A DNA stretch of 62,000 nucleotides, from NCBI RefSeq assembly GCF_004010195.1, contig NC_057749.1, forward strand, positions 11,127,745 through 11,189,744, read 5' to 3'. The notes under the pieces were generated by a model. The model was not told the DNA's origin. It searched no databases and saw nothing but the letters and a program-made list of their open reading frames with translations. Position numbers and translations under genes: made by a program. This DNA comes from Chiloscyllium plagiosum (taxonomy: Eukaryota). Shown piece after piece: positions 12,100 to 25,144 of the stretch (the stretch's first letter is position 1; each line of letters starts with the position of its first letter).

Positions 12100-12990
12100 T
12101 GTTATGGTCCAATTTGGGCTGTTTGTATGACGCTCAACTTTGGACTACTCCCGCGGGTCAAACTTGTATGTCTGACGATCTTGCTTTATCGGTTATTGAC
12201 TGTGTGCATTATGCAACTCACTGTGATGCCCGTTCGGTCGCCGACCTTCTCCTGACTGCTTGGTGGCATCCCCGCCTCCAACAACTAGCCCAAAGGGTTA
12301 GTGACTGGTGTCTTATTTGTCAGGAACATAACCCTGGAAAAGACTTACCTTACACTCTGGGTAGAACTCACATGCCGGAGGGCCCCTTTAAGACACTTCA
12401 ACTGGACTTCATTGAGTTGCAGAAATGTCAGTGCTATATATGTTTTGGTTATTGTTAATGACTTTTCTAAATGGATTGAAGCCTACCCTACTACTAACGC
12501 TACTGCTGAGACTGTGGTGAAAATTTACTCAAGGAAATTATTCCCCAATTCGGTATACCTGCGCACATTAGTTTGGACAATGGACTGCACTTTGTTGGTA
12601 ATATTAACGAAGAACTCTGTTCCCAGCTTTCTATTCGTCAACAACTGCATTTTGCTTATCGTCCTCGGGCTGCCGGCCTTGTTGAATGTTTTAACTTTTA
12701 AGATTAAACTTGTCAAATTAATAGCTGAGACTGGCCTCTCCTGGGTTACGCTACTCCCTGTGGCCTTACTCCAGATGAGATCCACGCCTGAGGGCAGACA
12801 CCCCAGTCTCCAGCTGAGATTCTCTAAGAGTGTCCGCTCCGTACCCCTTGGAACAATTCGACTCCGTCCTCAGTCCACTACCACCACATGACCGAAGAAA
12901 CGATTGGATATGTTCTTGCTCTAAATAACGTTATGCATGCTTTTCACCCCCAGGTGCGCGTGGCCTACGGCGATGTTCCGTCCCTTTCAG
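12100..12990 (+). pseudogene. ERV1 integrase, frameshifted
   Basis: HHCC motif and catalytic-core motifs spread across ORFs 12114-12458 and 12301-12891. Confidence 0.85.
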
Positions 12991-13249
12991 CCTCGTAACG
13001 GGTGGAGCCAATCAAAAGGGAGCAGAGGAGGAGAGAATGCTGGAATTCTAGGAAACCCAGGGGATCCTGTCCTTTTGGGATTTTCAATTTTGGTGTTGTT
13101 TTAATGCTATTCTTCTTACAGATACTTGAACTAAGAGAGACGTGGGGGATCGCCTCCCTGCTGACCTGTTTGACCACATACAACTTCCTGATGGGGAAAG
13201 CCACTAAGTATTGATGAGATCCGGAACAATCCGAGACTAACCACCACCT

Positions 13250-15143
13250 ATGCCGAGGAGATGTTGTCCAGTGCACTGCACCAGACACCTTCAAAGTGTG
13301 GAACATGACGAAAATTGACTATTGCAATGGACTCTAACATCAGAAAGACCGAATGGTCCATCTGGACAACAGAAAACAGTGGGAATTACCATGTCGTTAC
13401 TGAACCAGTCTTTTTGATGTTTCCTGCAGACGCAAGCCGAGTGAGGATAATAGGAGGAGGCCCGGGAACAACATCCCTTTTTGCAGGACGGGCCTACTTG
13501 AGAAAAGAGAAGCCTGATAGGGGAATCCACAAACAACTTATTTATACAGGCCCACAGAACACACTGACCCCAGAGTCAGTAGTATGCTACTCCTAGTGAG
13601 TTTTGAGAATATTTGTTAGTCCTTTCTATCAGTAGATGACATACTTGCCCTGTCCCCAGTCCCAATCTATTCGTCAGACTCCCTACTGCCGACCCTCTGA
13701 AGAGAAATATCACTTTCCAATACTGTATTAAACCTCCTGCCACCTGTTTGCTGATGTCTTTTAATTCTACTGCAGGGTCGTATGAGAATTGTTTTAATGG
13801 AACTGGCTATGGGTGTGCAATTGTTCATGTTCCAAATAACATCTCCTGCCTATTTGAGACTTGTCTCATCCACTTGTCTAAGTAAAAGGAGCCTTAAATT
13901 TCCTGCCCGTGTATACAAACAGCTTGCTTTCCACTGGCTGAGGGACAACTGGCCTTATGCGGCATAAGTTACTATACCCATCTTCATGTACTGACCCGGA
14001 ACGGAACCCTTCCCTTGTGCATTTATAGGTCTTTTCTCTTTTCAGAATCTGATACTGTCACCAAGACTATGTGCAATAGAGCTAAGGGAGAGTCTAAAGG
14101 GAACAGAATTCTGAGGACTATTGTTTACCATACAGTGCGAGCGCTCAACAGTCAGTTTGCCCATTTTTATGGTGCTCAAGCGACACCACTTGCAAAATGT
14201 CGGCCCTTTACTCCTGTAGACCTGACCAGAACCCTGCTGTTACACTTCAGTAACCTATTTTTAACAAACCCTCCCTCTTATACACCAAACCAGGCTATTA
14301 TTTTCTCCAGCCAAGGTAAAGCTACTAATTTCCTTGTCCTTGATAGCAAAGATTTTCCCCATAAGGTCACAATGGAGCCCTTGTTCCCACAACAGTACCT
14401 TGTCCTGGCCAGTGGACAAGTCGATGTAAACTTCATCTGAGAAGGACGCAGCGGCTGGTCTCAGCCCACTTTTGCTCCAATTGGAAGGATCCCAAGGGAC
14501 TGGATGAAAATAGGTGACACTCAATAGGCTGGGGAATCCTGAGTACCCTGGGTTTGGGAGGATTGGCAAGGGTGATAAATCAAAAGAATCGCAACTACCT
14601 CATCTGCGGCCTGACCATTCTAGGAGATAAGACTAAAGAGGTTCTGGAACAGATTAAACTGGGATTATCAGATCTGCATCTTTATGCAGAATCAGTACGC
14701 CTTAAACTATATACTAGGAAGGCTGGGTCTGTACAATTGTCCGAGATAAATGCATTATGGGCATTCCCAATCACACTGGCAATATTACTAAGATACAAGA
14801 CGAGATCCAGGTGTTCCTTGATGGAATGACTGAAGGGACCAGTTGGGGAAACTGGGGATCGGGCTCTTGGTACAATTGGCTTATCAATTTAGCTATGTAT
14901 ATCGGAATCATTCTCTTCTGTCTGTTTGCCGGTATATCTATTGTTAAGTTTTTAATTGCTAAGCTTGTGAGCTCCCTTAGTCATATAGATTTGCCCCAGA
15001 AGAGGCTCCTTTTGCAATCCAATGGCTCACCCACATGTGTTGATGGTGATGATAAATGTGACCAGGTGAGTGGTGAAGATGGTGGTGCCACTCTAGAGGA
15101 TGTTGATGGCTGGAATGCCTTGAAAGCCATTTGTTTGGATTAG
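13250..15143 (+). pseudogene. ERV1 envelope (SU+TM), frameshifted; 5' boundary uncertain
   Basis: Basic LRRTQR putative cleavage site near 14437; heptad-like region; GVCTIVRDKC (CX6C); NHT/NIT sequons; Trp-rich WGNWGSGSWYNW followed by a hydrophobic anchor. Confidence 0.75.
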
Positions 15144-15183
15144 CCTTCCCTTTTAGAGATCGCGGAGTGATCAAAGGGGGGAA

Positions 15184-15733
15184 TGAGCATATGAGTCTCT
15201 GGAGGGTAGGACAACATGGTTGAAGGAGATGCACAAAATGGCTTCTGCATTGCTAAGTTAGATGGCACTGAACCAGACAGAGACAAGAAACCGCAGACTG
15301 ATGTAGATCTGATAAAATACTGTAAATGTAGAAGTAATGGTATAACCCTAACCATTAAATGCAGAAGTAACGGTTTACCCCTAATCACAGGGCAGGCCAT
15401 ACAGGATTCTGAGAACAGGTTGTTTACAAGAAATCGAGATGGGCTAAGGCAAAAGTGCACGTGGACCTCAGGGAATCTGATTGATTGTTACTATGCGATC
15501 GTGCTCCATGTCTGAGTATGAACAATGTACATAAACTCTATGCAAACTCTGTAAGTCATCGGATTCTTTTGGTGATCTAGGAGTACTCATACTTCTGGGC
15601 TGACCAGAGTCTACTGACCCGGCCATATCAAAAAATGAACGATTGCTTGTGTGATTGACAAAGAATCGTTTACAAGTATGCTTACTGACCGATCCCACTA
15701 ACCCGAAGACCAGGACAGTAATCCGGATCATCA
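15184..15733 (+). repeat. ERV1 3' LTR
   Basis: Follows PPT aaaggggggaa; begins TG and ends CA; CR1 sequence starts immediately after. Confidence 0.75.
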
Positions 15734-18700
15734 TAGGGAATACTGGATGACTACAGAAATTGAGGTTTTTGTTAAGAATAAGAAGGGGAAATTCAAGATG
15801 GCAGCGACCCAGTAGTTCTGCCCTGCTGAGCTCTGCACCAGAACCCAGCCAAAGTGGGGCACTCACCCTCTCTTTATTACCTAATCTAGTAGAAATAATT
15901 TTTTTTTGACCCTGAGAACTGTCCTGTGTTAGTTTAAAATTATTAGGAAAATGGCCAAAGGGAAGGGAAGGCGAGGATCTCAACAAGCAGAGAACCCCCC
16001 TCCCCTCCCCCCGCACCAATAATCATGCCCATGGCCGCAGTGTCGGCCTCCGCGATTGCCTATGGAACAGAGCCTGATCTTAGAGTTTGTGAAACTCAGA
16101 GAGAAGATTGATTCATTGATGGAAGAGACTCAAATCGATCTCGACGTGAATAATATGGACAATGATGTTTATTTTTGGTTTTTCTCTGTTATTTGCCTGG
16201 TTTACCTGGTTGTTGGAGCGGGGGTCTTTTTTTTTTAAATATATGCCAGGGTCATAATTTTTTCCTTTGTCCTTCTTTTTCCTCTCTCCTCTCCCTTTTT
16301 CTCTTCCTTCCTGTCATCCTTTGTTTCCCTGTTTTTTTCTTATTTCCTTTTGTTCTTCTTTTCTGGTGTGGGATGGCGGGGGAGGGGGGTGCATTTGGAG
16401 GAAGAGGTTACATATTTTTGTTCTACCAGGAGTGCTGAGGATTACAATGTGGAGGGGACAGGTTGAGTGCCCATTTTTAACTTTCTTGTTATGTTTGTAT
16501 TTTTTTCTTACTTTGTGTTGTCTGGGGTGGGGGCATGGCTTTAGCTAGAAGGAGTCATGGTGGGGCTAATGGGTGGTATGAGCGCCCTCTGTGGGCAAGG
16601 GGGAAAGTCTCCTTTCATTTGCGTTATATGTCGGTATATTGTAGAAGTAGCTATTAGAAGTTTTGACTTGGTAGTTTTGGAAGTTGCATTTTAAAATTTA
16701 TACAAACTATTTATGGTTTTCACTCAGTGTGCTATGAGTGGGGGGGGGGGGGGGGGTGTCATGGACTGTTTCGGACGATCATGGCTAGCCATTCGTTTAA
16801 ATAGTGCACCTGGAATGTTAAGGGGAGTCATTCACCAATTAAGAGAGAAAAGATACTGTTAAGCCTTAGAAAAGAGAGGATCGATGTAGCCTTGCTGCAA
16901 GAAACACATTTAACCGATAAGGAGCATTTGAGGTTGCAACATGGAGGGTTCGGAGAGGTATTTTTCTCATCCTTTAATTCGAAAAGTAGAGGAGTTGCTA
17001 TTCTCATTCGGAAGAACCTCCCATTTAAAATGTTTGGCCAAATCAAGGATGAGTGTGGGCAATTTATAATTCTTAAAGCTTTAATACATGGAGGTGAATA
17101 TGGGACATTGAATGTATACTGCCCATCCCCGGCATGCCCCCTTAAATTTTTAACAGATGTGCTTTCCAGATTGATGGCCCTTGGGGCACGTCGTACAATT
17201 GTAGGGGGAGACTTTAATCATATTATTGACCCTAAAGTGGACAGGATGCCTCGGGGTCTTGCAGGTGTGTCTCCACACTCCAGGCAGTTGGTGGACCTGA
17301 ACAAGGAGCTGGGGTTGGTGGACGTGTGGAGATGTCTTACCCCAAGGTAAGGATTTCACCTTATTTTCTAATCCACATAAGAGATATACTAGAATTGCCA
17401 TTTTTTTTGTCCCATCAATCTTTCTGAATTCAGTGCTGTCCGGCAGAATAGGGAATATAGTAGTTTCCGAACATGGGGCAGTGTACATGGAGGTCAAGAC
17501 AATGATTATAGGACAGGCTCCTGACACAGGTGCACGGACCGTTTCTTCCTGAAAGATAGTAAGTTTATTGAGTCCTTTTGCGGGAATTTAAAATCTTTTG
17601 GGATATTAATTAGGGTATGGCCAGTAATCCATCGCTGCTTTGGGAGACTTCCAAGGCCTATGCACAGGGTTTGATTATTTCTTACTCTGCGATCCGGAAG
17701 CGGCAGAGGGGAGAACAGCAACATTTGCTCAAGACTCGCCTGAAGACAGCTGAGACAGCATACTTTGACAGACAGACTGTAACCAAATTGCAGCGGATTG
17801 CAGCCCTCTGGGCTACTTTGAACACTGCACTCAACTAGAAAGCAAAGAGGGAAATCTCTTTTGCAAAACAGAGATTATTTGAGTATGGTGATAAACCAGA
17901 TAGATATCTAGCATACTTGGCCAGAAAGAAGAATGCCCCCCCAATCTATTGCATCTATCAGAGAGAGTGCTGGTACTCTTACTTGCAATGCCAAAAAGAT
18001 TAAATGCAGCATTTAGGAAGTTTTACTCTGAGCTGTACCGGTCGGAGGGCTATGAGGACAGATTGATGCAGATGGAATCTTTTTTTAAGACCCTGGATCT
18101 TCCGGGTGTAACTTCAGAGCAGGTATCCTTTCTGAATACCCCCCTGACAATTCAGGAAATACAGGAGGCGGTGAGGCTGCTCCAGAGTGGTAAAGCGCCT
18201 CGTCCAGATGGATTTCAAAGTGAGTTTTGTAAGGAGTTTATAGACATGCTGGCCGGGCCACTCTTGGATATGTACAATTACTCATGCAATCAGGGCTGCC
18301 TCCCATCTTCTTTGAGAGAAGCAAATATTTCTCTTATTCTTAAGAAAGGAAAAGCCCCAGAGGATTGCACTTCGTACAGACCCATGTTGTTACTGAACAT
18401 GGATGTAAAATTCTGCCGAAAATGCTGGCGTTAAGGCTGGAGAGGGTATTACCTTTCATTGTAAAGGAGGATCAGACAGGTTTTATCAAGGGTCGTATGC
18501 CTACCAACAATATTAGAAGAGTATTAAATATGGTCCAAGTATGCCAGCAAAGATTGATTCCAGGTTTGGTTGTCTCCCTGGATGCAGAGAAGGCATTTCA
18601 TCGGGTGGAGTGGCTGTATCTTTTTTATGTCCTGGAACGGTTTGGTCTTGGTGGGGTTTTTGCCAAGTGGGTGGCAGTGATATATAGTGACCCGAAAGCA

Positions 18701-19933
18701 GTGGTTCTCACTAATGGCATAAGGTCAGATAGTTTTAGTGTCGACAGAGGCTGCCGACAAGGTGCCCTCTCTCACCACTATTATTTACAGTGGTGATTGA
18801 ACCGCTGGCGGAGGCCATCCGGAGGGATCCCAACATAATTGCCCCAGAGGTAGGATCGGGCAGGCATAAAATTACCCTTACGCGGATGACATCCTTCTTT
18901 TCTTAACTGATCTAATGACAACTGTGCCCTGTTTAATATAAGTGATTAATCTATTTGTTCTCAGGGTACAAAATTAATTTCATGAAGTTGGAGGCCATGC
19001 CTGTGGGGGGCCTTACTAATATATCTGATTTTGGTGATGGAACCAGTTTCCCTTTCCGGTGGTCACAGGGAGGCTTCCTGTATTTAAGCATTTTATCATC
19101 CCGGTCTTCAATCAATTATATAAAGCTAATTATGCGCAATTGCGAGAGAAGATAAGGCAGAACCTTCGGCACTGGGAAGATCTTCCGATATGTTGGTTGT
19201 GAAGAATAGATCTGGTTAAAATGAATGTTCTTCCTCGCTTATTATATCTCGTGTGAATGCTCCCTTTGATGCTGCCAAGGAAGGACTACAGAGGCTTTAC
19301 AGCTGGTTCAGATCTTTTATCTGATGTCATAGGTGGCCGCTTATTAAGCTAGATAAATTGCAGCTCCGGCAGGAGAAGGGAGGTTTGGATTTCCCGGACT
19401 TTAAGAAATATCAATTGAATTCCTTACTATCTTATGTGGCTGACCGGGCCTGCCAGGACCTGCGATCAATCTGGTTGGACATTGAGGCCTCCCTGACAAA
19501 ATGCCCCTTCATCAATTTGCTATTTATGGACAAGATGAGGACTGTTACGGACCACTGCAGAAACCCAATTGTCCGTACCACAGTTAAAGCATGGAGAATA
19601 ATGCAGCAAGGTGAGGGCAACTTACAAAAAACTTCCCCTTTCACACCCATAGTGGGAATGTTGGGATTCTGGCCAGGTGGACTCTGGCTTTACGTTCTGA
19701 GAGTCGAGGGGAATCTCCCGTTTGGGAGATTTCTTTGATGGGGAGGTCATGATGTCTTTCGAGCAGCTAAGTCGGAAATTTGAGTGACCTAGGAGAGACC
19801 TCTTTTGTTACTTCCAGGTTAGGGACTTTATACAAAAAAAAACTGCATTGATGGTTAGTCCCTGTAAGTCGGATATGGAAAGGAGAGTGCTCCAGTCTAC
19901 GGGAACTCTCTCAGTCAGCACCCTCTATCACTT

Positions 19934-21214
19934 TCTGGATCAGTGTGCTGGAAGAGCACAGCAATTCAGGCAGCATCCGACGAGCAGCAAAATCGACGTT
20001 TCGGGCAAAAGCCCTTCATCAGGAATAAAGGCAGAGAGCCTGAAGCGTGGAGAGATAAGCTAGAGGAGGGTGAGGGTGGAGCTAGGCAGGTCGGACAAGT
20101 CCGCACTGTCCGCTTGACTTGTCCGGACTTGTCCGACCTGCCTAGCTCCTTTTCCACCTATCCACTNNNNNNNNNNNNNNNNNNNNNNNNNNNNNNNNNN
20201 NNNNNNNNNNNNNNNNNNNNNNNNNNNNNNNNNNNNNNNNNNNNNNNNNNNNNNNNNNNNNNNNNNNNNNNNNNNNNNNNNNNNNNNNNNNNNNNNNNNN
20301 NNNNNNNNNNNNNNNNNNNNNNNNNNNNNNNNNNNNNNNNNNNNNNNNNNNNNNNNNNNNNNNNNNNNNNNNNNNNNNNNNNNNNNNNNNNNNNNNNNNN
20401 NNNNNNNNNNNNNNNNNNNNNNNNNNNNNNNNNNNNNNNNNNNNNNNNNNNNNNNNNNNNNNNNNNNNNNNNNNNNNNNNNNNNNNNNNNNNNNNNNNNN
20501 NNNNNNNNNNNNNNNNNNNNNNNNNNNNNNNNNNNNNNNNNNNNNNNNNNNNNNNNNNNNNNNNNNNNNNNNNNNNNNNNNNNNNNNNNNNNNNNNNNNN
20601 NNNNNNNNNNNNNNNNNNNNNNNNNNNNNNNNNNNNNNNNNNNNNNNNNNNNNNNNNNNNNNNNNNNNNNNNNNNNNNNNNNNNNNNNNNNNNNNNNNNN
20701 NNNNNNNNNNNNNNNNNNNNNNNNNNNNNNNNNNNNNNNNNNNNNNNNNNNNNNNNNNNNNNNNNNNNNNNNNNNNNNNNNNNNNNNNNNNNNNNNNNNN
20801 NNNNNNNNNNNNNNNNNACATGGAGGTCCTGGGCCTCCTTCACCGCCGCTCCCTCACCACCAGACGCCTGGAGGAAGAACGCCTCATCTTCCGCCTCGGA
20901 ACACTTCAACCCCAGGGCATCAATGTGGACTTCAACAGCTTCCTCATTTCCCCTTCCCCCACCTCATTCTAGTTTCAAACTTCCAGCCCGCACTGTCCCC
21001 TTAACCTGTCCGGACTTGTCCGACCTGCCTAGCTCCACCCCCACCCTCCTCTAGCTTATCTCTCCACGCTTCAGGCTCTCTGCCTTTATTCCTGATGAAG
21101 GGCTTTTGCCCGAAACGTCGATTTTGCTGCTCGTCGGATGCTGCCTGAATTGCTGTGCTCTTCCAGCACCACTGATCCAGAATCTGGTTTCCAGCATCTG
21201 CAGTCATTGTTTTT
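19934..21214 (+). mobile_element. Penelope element (5'-inverted PLTR, N gap, GIY-YIG-domain C-terminus, 3' PLTR) inserted in the L1
   Basis: 14-bp TSD accctctatcactt; VLGLLH..RRLEEERLIFRLGTLQPQGIN at 20825-20925; inverted terminal repeat. Confidence 0.88.
21087..21123 (+). ncRNA. Minimal type-I hammerhead ribozyme in the Penelope PLTR
   Basis: CTGATGA-A-GGGC TTTT GCCC-GAAA-CGTC core with stem II hairpin and palindromic ACGT stem III. Confidence 0.75.
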
Positions 21215-22191
21215 ACCCTCTATCACTTGTTAAGAAGTAATGTTACGAAAGACATTGAGAGGCTATGCAGAATCTGAACTCAAGAACTGGCAGTGGAAAT
21301 CTCATCAGCGATATGGGAGGATATTTAGGAGCACGTTTGGAAGATTTTGATTTGTAACAGGATCAACTGAAGATACTCCACAGGAGTTATTTGGCACTGA
21401 AATTCAAGACAGGAGTGTCCCCAGTGTGCCCCAAATGTGAAAGGGATGTTGGCACTCTTACCTATTGCTTGTGGTCATGCACAAGCTTCACAGGTATTGG
21501 GATGCCATAATGAGCGTTTTGGAAGAAGTTTTAGGAACTAAGGTTAAGTTGGATCCGGTGTCCCTCCTTTTGGGTCTTCCAAATCTCCCCTTTTTGGACG
21601 TGCATGGAAAGAAATTGCTTAATATTCTTTCATTTTGTCAGAGGAAGAAAATTCTAATGAGCTGGGTGTCAGAGAATCCCCCAGGACCTTCAGGCTGGCA
21701 TAGTTTAGTTATGGAGCACATCCCCCTGGACTTCCTTACAAGTATGGTGAACCAGAAAATGGAACTGTTTCACAGAACATGGCGGCCCTTTCTGAATTAT
21801 ATTGAAAGAGACTTGTTGGCTATATTGATCAGGGCCTTTGTGTAGTCATGAGTGCTATGTCTGGCGGTCTGGGAGGAAGAATCCTGAATAAATACGGGTT
21901 TGCTTACTAATGCTCCCAGTGGTGGGGTGCTTCGGTGGGATTGCGATGTGTCTAGTAACTTAATTGAATATAATTTGTTACCTTTATGTTTTTTTTTTCC
22001 TTTAGTCATTTATTGAATTGTAGTTTCTGTAAGTTTTTTTTTCTCTCTCATTTCAGTGATTCGTGGGGTAGGAGTTTGTTTCCTGTTATTGTCATTATAT
22101 TATAAAGTTGTCACACTAATTTGTAATGATTTTGTAATTTTGTAAAAAACCTAAACTCTTTTTCTCAATAAAAATATTTACAATAAAAAAA

Positions 22192-24025
22192 AATAAGAAG
22201 GAAGCATATGTCAGGTATGGACAATAGGGATTGAGTGAATCCCTGTGGGGTATACTTAAGAGGGAAATCAGGAGGACAAAAAGGGGACAAGAGATAGCTT
22301 TGACAAATAGGGTTAAGGAGAATCCAAAGGGATTCTATAAATATATTAAGGACAAAATGGTAACAAGGAAGAGAATAGGCAGCCTATAGGTGGAGCCCCA
22401 GGAGATGGGGGAAAGATACTAAACAAATATTTTGCATCAATGCCTACCGTGGAAGATAGCAAACGTGGGGAAATAAGTAGCGACATCTTGAAAAATTTCC
22501 ATATTACAGAGGAGGTGGTGTTGGACATCTTAAAATGCATAAACGTGGATAAATCCCCAGGATCTGATCAGATGTACCCGAGAACTGTGTGGGAAGCTAG
22601 GGAAATGATTGCTGGGCCCCTTGCTGAGATATTTGTATCATCAATAGCCCCAGGTGAGATGATGGAAGACTGGAGATTGGATAACATGGTGCCACTATTG
22701 AAGAAAGTGGTAAAGAAGAGTCAGGGAATATAGGCTGGATAGCCTAACATTGGTGCAAATTGTTTGGGAGAATCCTGAGGGACAGGATTTACATGTATTT
22801 GGAAAGGTAAGGACTGATTAGGGATAGTCAACATGGCTTTGAGCATGGGAAATCATGTCTCACTAACTTGATTGAGTTATTTGAAGAAGTTATGGAGAGA
22901 TTGATGAGGGCAGAGCTAAATGTGATCTATATGGACTTCAATAAGGCATGGTGGACTGGTTAGCAAGGTTAGATCACATGGAAGAGGAAGAACTAGCTAT
23001 CTGGATACAGAACTGGCTCGAATGTAGAAGACAGAGGGTGGTGGTGGATGGTTGCTTTTCAGACTGGAGACCTGTGACTAGTGCTGTACCACAAGGATCG
23101 GCGCTGGGTCCACTCCTTTTCATCATTTATATAAATGATCTGGATGTGAACATAGGAAGTATGGTTAGTAAGTTTGCAGGTAACACCAAAATTGGAGGTG
23201 TAGTGGATAACAAAGAAGGTTACCTCAGAGTACAACAGGATCTTGATCAGATGGGTCAATGGGCTGAGGAGTGGCAGATGGAGTTTAATTTAGGTAAATG
23301 TGAGGTGCTGCATTTTGGAAAGACAAATCAGGGCAGCACTTGTGCAGGTTCATAGTTCCTTGAAAGTGGAGTCACAGGTAGATAGGATACTGAAGAAGGC
23401 GTTTGGTATGCTTGCCTTTATTGGTCAGTGCATTGAGTTTAGGAGTTGGGGGGGTCATGTTGCGTCTGTACAGAACATTGGTTTGGCCACTTTTGGAATA
23501 CTACTTGCAATTCTGGTCTTTCTGCTACTGGAAGGAGGTTGTGAAACTTGAAAGGGTTCAGCATAGATTTAGAAGGATGTTGCCAGGGTTGGAGATTTTG
23601 AGCTATAGGGACAGGCTGAATAGGCTAGGGCTATTTTCCCTAGAGTGTTAGATGCGGGGGGAGATGACCTTATAGAGATTATAAAAGAGGTTTATGTTCA
23701 GTTAAGTAGACAAAGTCTTTTCCCCGGGGTGGGAGAGTTCAAACATAGAGGCCATAGGTTTAAGGTGAGAGGGAAAGAATTTAAAACGGACCTAAGGGGC
23801 AGCTTTTTCACCCAAAGGGTGCTGCATGTATTGAATGAGCTGCCAGAAGAAATGGTGGAGGCTGGTACAATTACAACATTTAAAAGGCAGCTGGATCAGT
23901 ACATGAATAGGAAGGGTTTAGAGGAATATGGGCCGGGTGCTGGCAAATGGGACTTGATTTGTCGGGTTGGCCTGGACAAGTTGAACCAAAGGCTCTGTTT
24001 TGGTGCTGTATATCTCTATGACTCT
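22192..24025 (+). mobile_element. CR1 LINE ORF2 and 3' end (host of the L1; its upstream stub is 15734-15786)
   Basis: KSPGSDQMYPR, VPQGSALGP, SKFAGNTK and ctctatgactct tail. Confidence 0.9.
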
Positions 24026-24609
24026 CCTTAAAAATGTGAAAAATGCTGGAATACTACATGTCAGTGACTAAGAAAAGTTTTCTCATTTCAGGTGGTACAA
24101 AATATTCAAGGCTGATGAAGCCTCCTGATTGGATGTTAGTTAAAATCTTCCTTAAGTGCTGACTGCCCTGTTACAAAGTTGCAGCAAGTGTGGTCAGTGC
24201 TCAGTTGTACCCTCTCCTGTGCTCAGTGTGATTTGATTAGATTCCCTTCAGTGTGGAAACGGGCCCTTCAACCCAACCAGTCCACACCAGACCCATGGGC
24301 AATTTAGCATGGCAATTCACCTGACCTGTACATCTTTGGACTGTGTGTGTTGTGCCCTGTACCCTCCCTCATGCTCAGAATGGATTGTGCCTTCTACTTT
24401 CTCCCAAGCTGAATATGGGTTGCCCCCTGTACCTTCCCCCACACTTAGTGTGGGCTGCATTCTGTACCCTCTCTTAAGGCTTCACAAGCATGGTTTTCTG
24501 AATCACCACTATAAACATTTCACTAACGGGGAAGTGTCTACAATTACCCACAACCGAATCACATGATCTGAGGAACTAGTTACAACTAAATATTGCTGAA
24601 GTATCTTAC

Positions 24610-24697
24610 CTGATTTATAAAGAAAGTTTTTGTCACCATCTATATTTAAGACCTTATTATGTGCAGGGAGTAGCTCCTTGTTTAATCTACAGTCAAC
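24610..24697 (-). CDS. LRRC49: LRRC49 internal coding exon, 88 bp, phase 0 to 1: VDCRLNKELLPAHNKVLNIDGDKNFLYKS(G/D)
   Basis: tttttattttgcag|GTT...TCAG|gtaaga; resembles recalled human VEFKLNKDTSSFPGRLLQHDLERNYSSRQG. Confidence 0.82.
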
Positions 24698-25144
24698 CTG
24701 CAAAATAAAAAAAATGTATGTGGATTTGGATAAATGGAACACCAGCCCTGAATTCTGAATTTCTTTCACAGCTCTGATCAATGAATGAAATCAAAAATAG
24801 TTAGATGCTAGAATAAAATGAACAGATTTCTACAGTTTTGATGACAAGGACTAGCTGTGATTGAAGACCAACACATTTGTTCCAAAAAGATATGGAGCAC
24901 TTCAATTCAGGTCAATATCACACAATTATAATCAAGATTGAAGGGTGTAAATTAAAATCTAAGATACACAGATGAGAAGAGTTAAATAAAACATTTCACT
25001 GTCACCCCATCACAATGAATGACCTCATCACAACTGCAGCAGCTGAGAAATGAAAATCTGGTGAATAATTACTTATTACATCTGAAGAATTTGTCTGTTA
25101 AGCAAGTTAATATAAAACAAACAGTGGAACAGAAGTCAAAAGTT

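Larger units (their letters stand above)
11875..15733 (+). mobile_element. Endogenous retrovirus 1 (gamma/epsilon-like), 3' half: RNaseH end, integrase, env, PPT, 3' LTR; decayed
   Basis: IKCTTH..GLVDISNHLKDAAA (RNaseH end); H-YATH..CLIC zinc finger with GPFKTLQLDFIEL and FSKWIEAYPT (IN); env TM features; PPT and TG..CA LTR. Confidence 0.88.
15787..22191 (+). mobile_element. L1-clade LINE, near full length (ORF1 largely deleted, ORF2 EN-RT-Cys domain decayed)
   Basis: TWNVKG, LQETHL and GGDFN (APE); SLDAEKAFHRVEW, GCRQG and YADD (RT); CPKC near the 3' end; AATAAA plus A-rich tail; TSD aataagaagg (15777-15786 / 22192-22201) within a CR1. Confidence 0.92.

Noticed and set aside
11719..12255. 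178-aa ORF as a host gene
   Set aside because: Chance fusion of decayed flanking sequence with the ERV RNaseH end, then out of frame
19943..21004. Long ORFs of 250-350 aa (also 31839-32847 and 53793-54695)
   Set aside because: Artefacts of reading through N gaps
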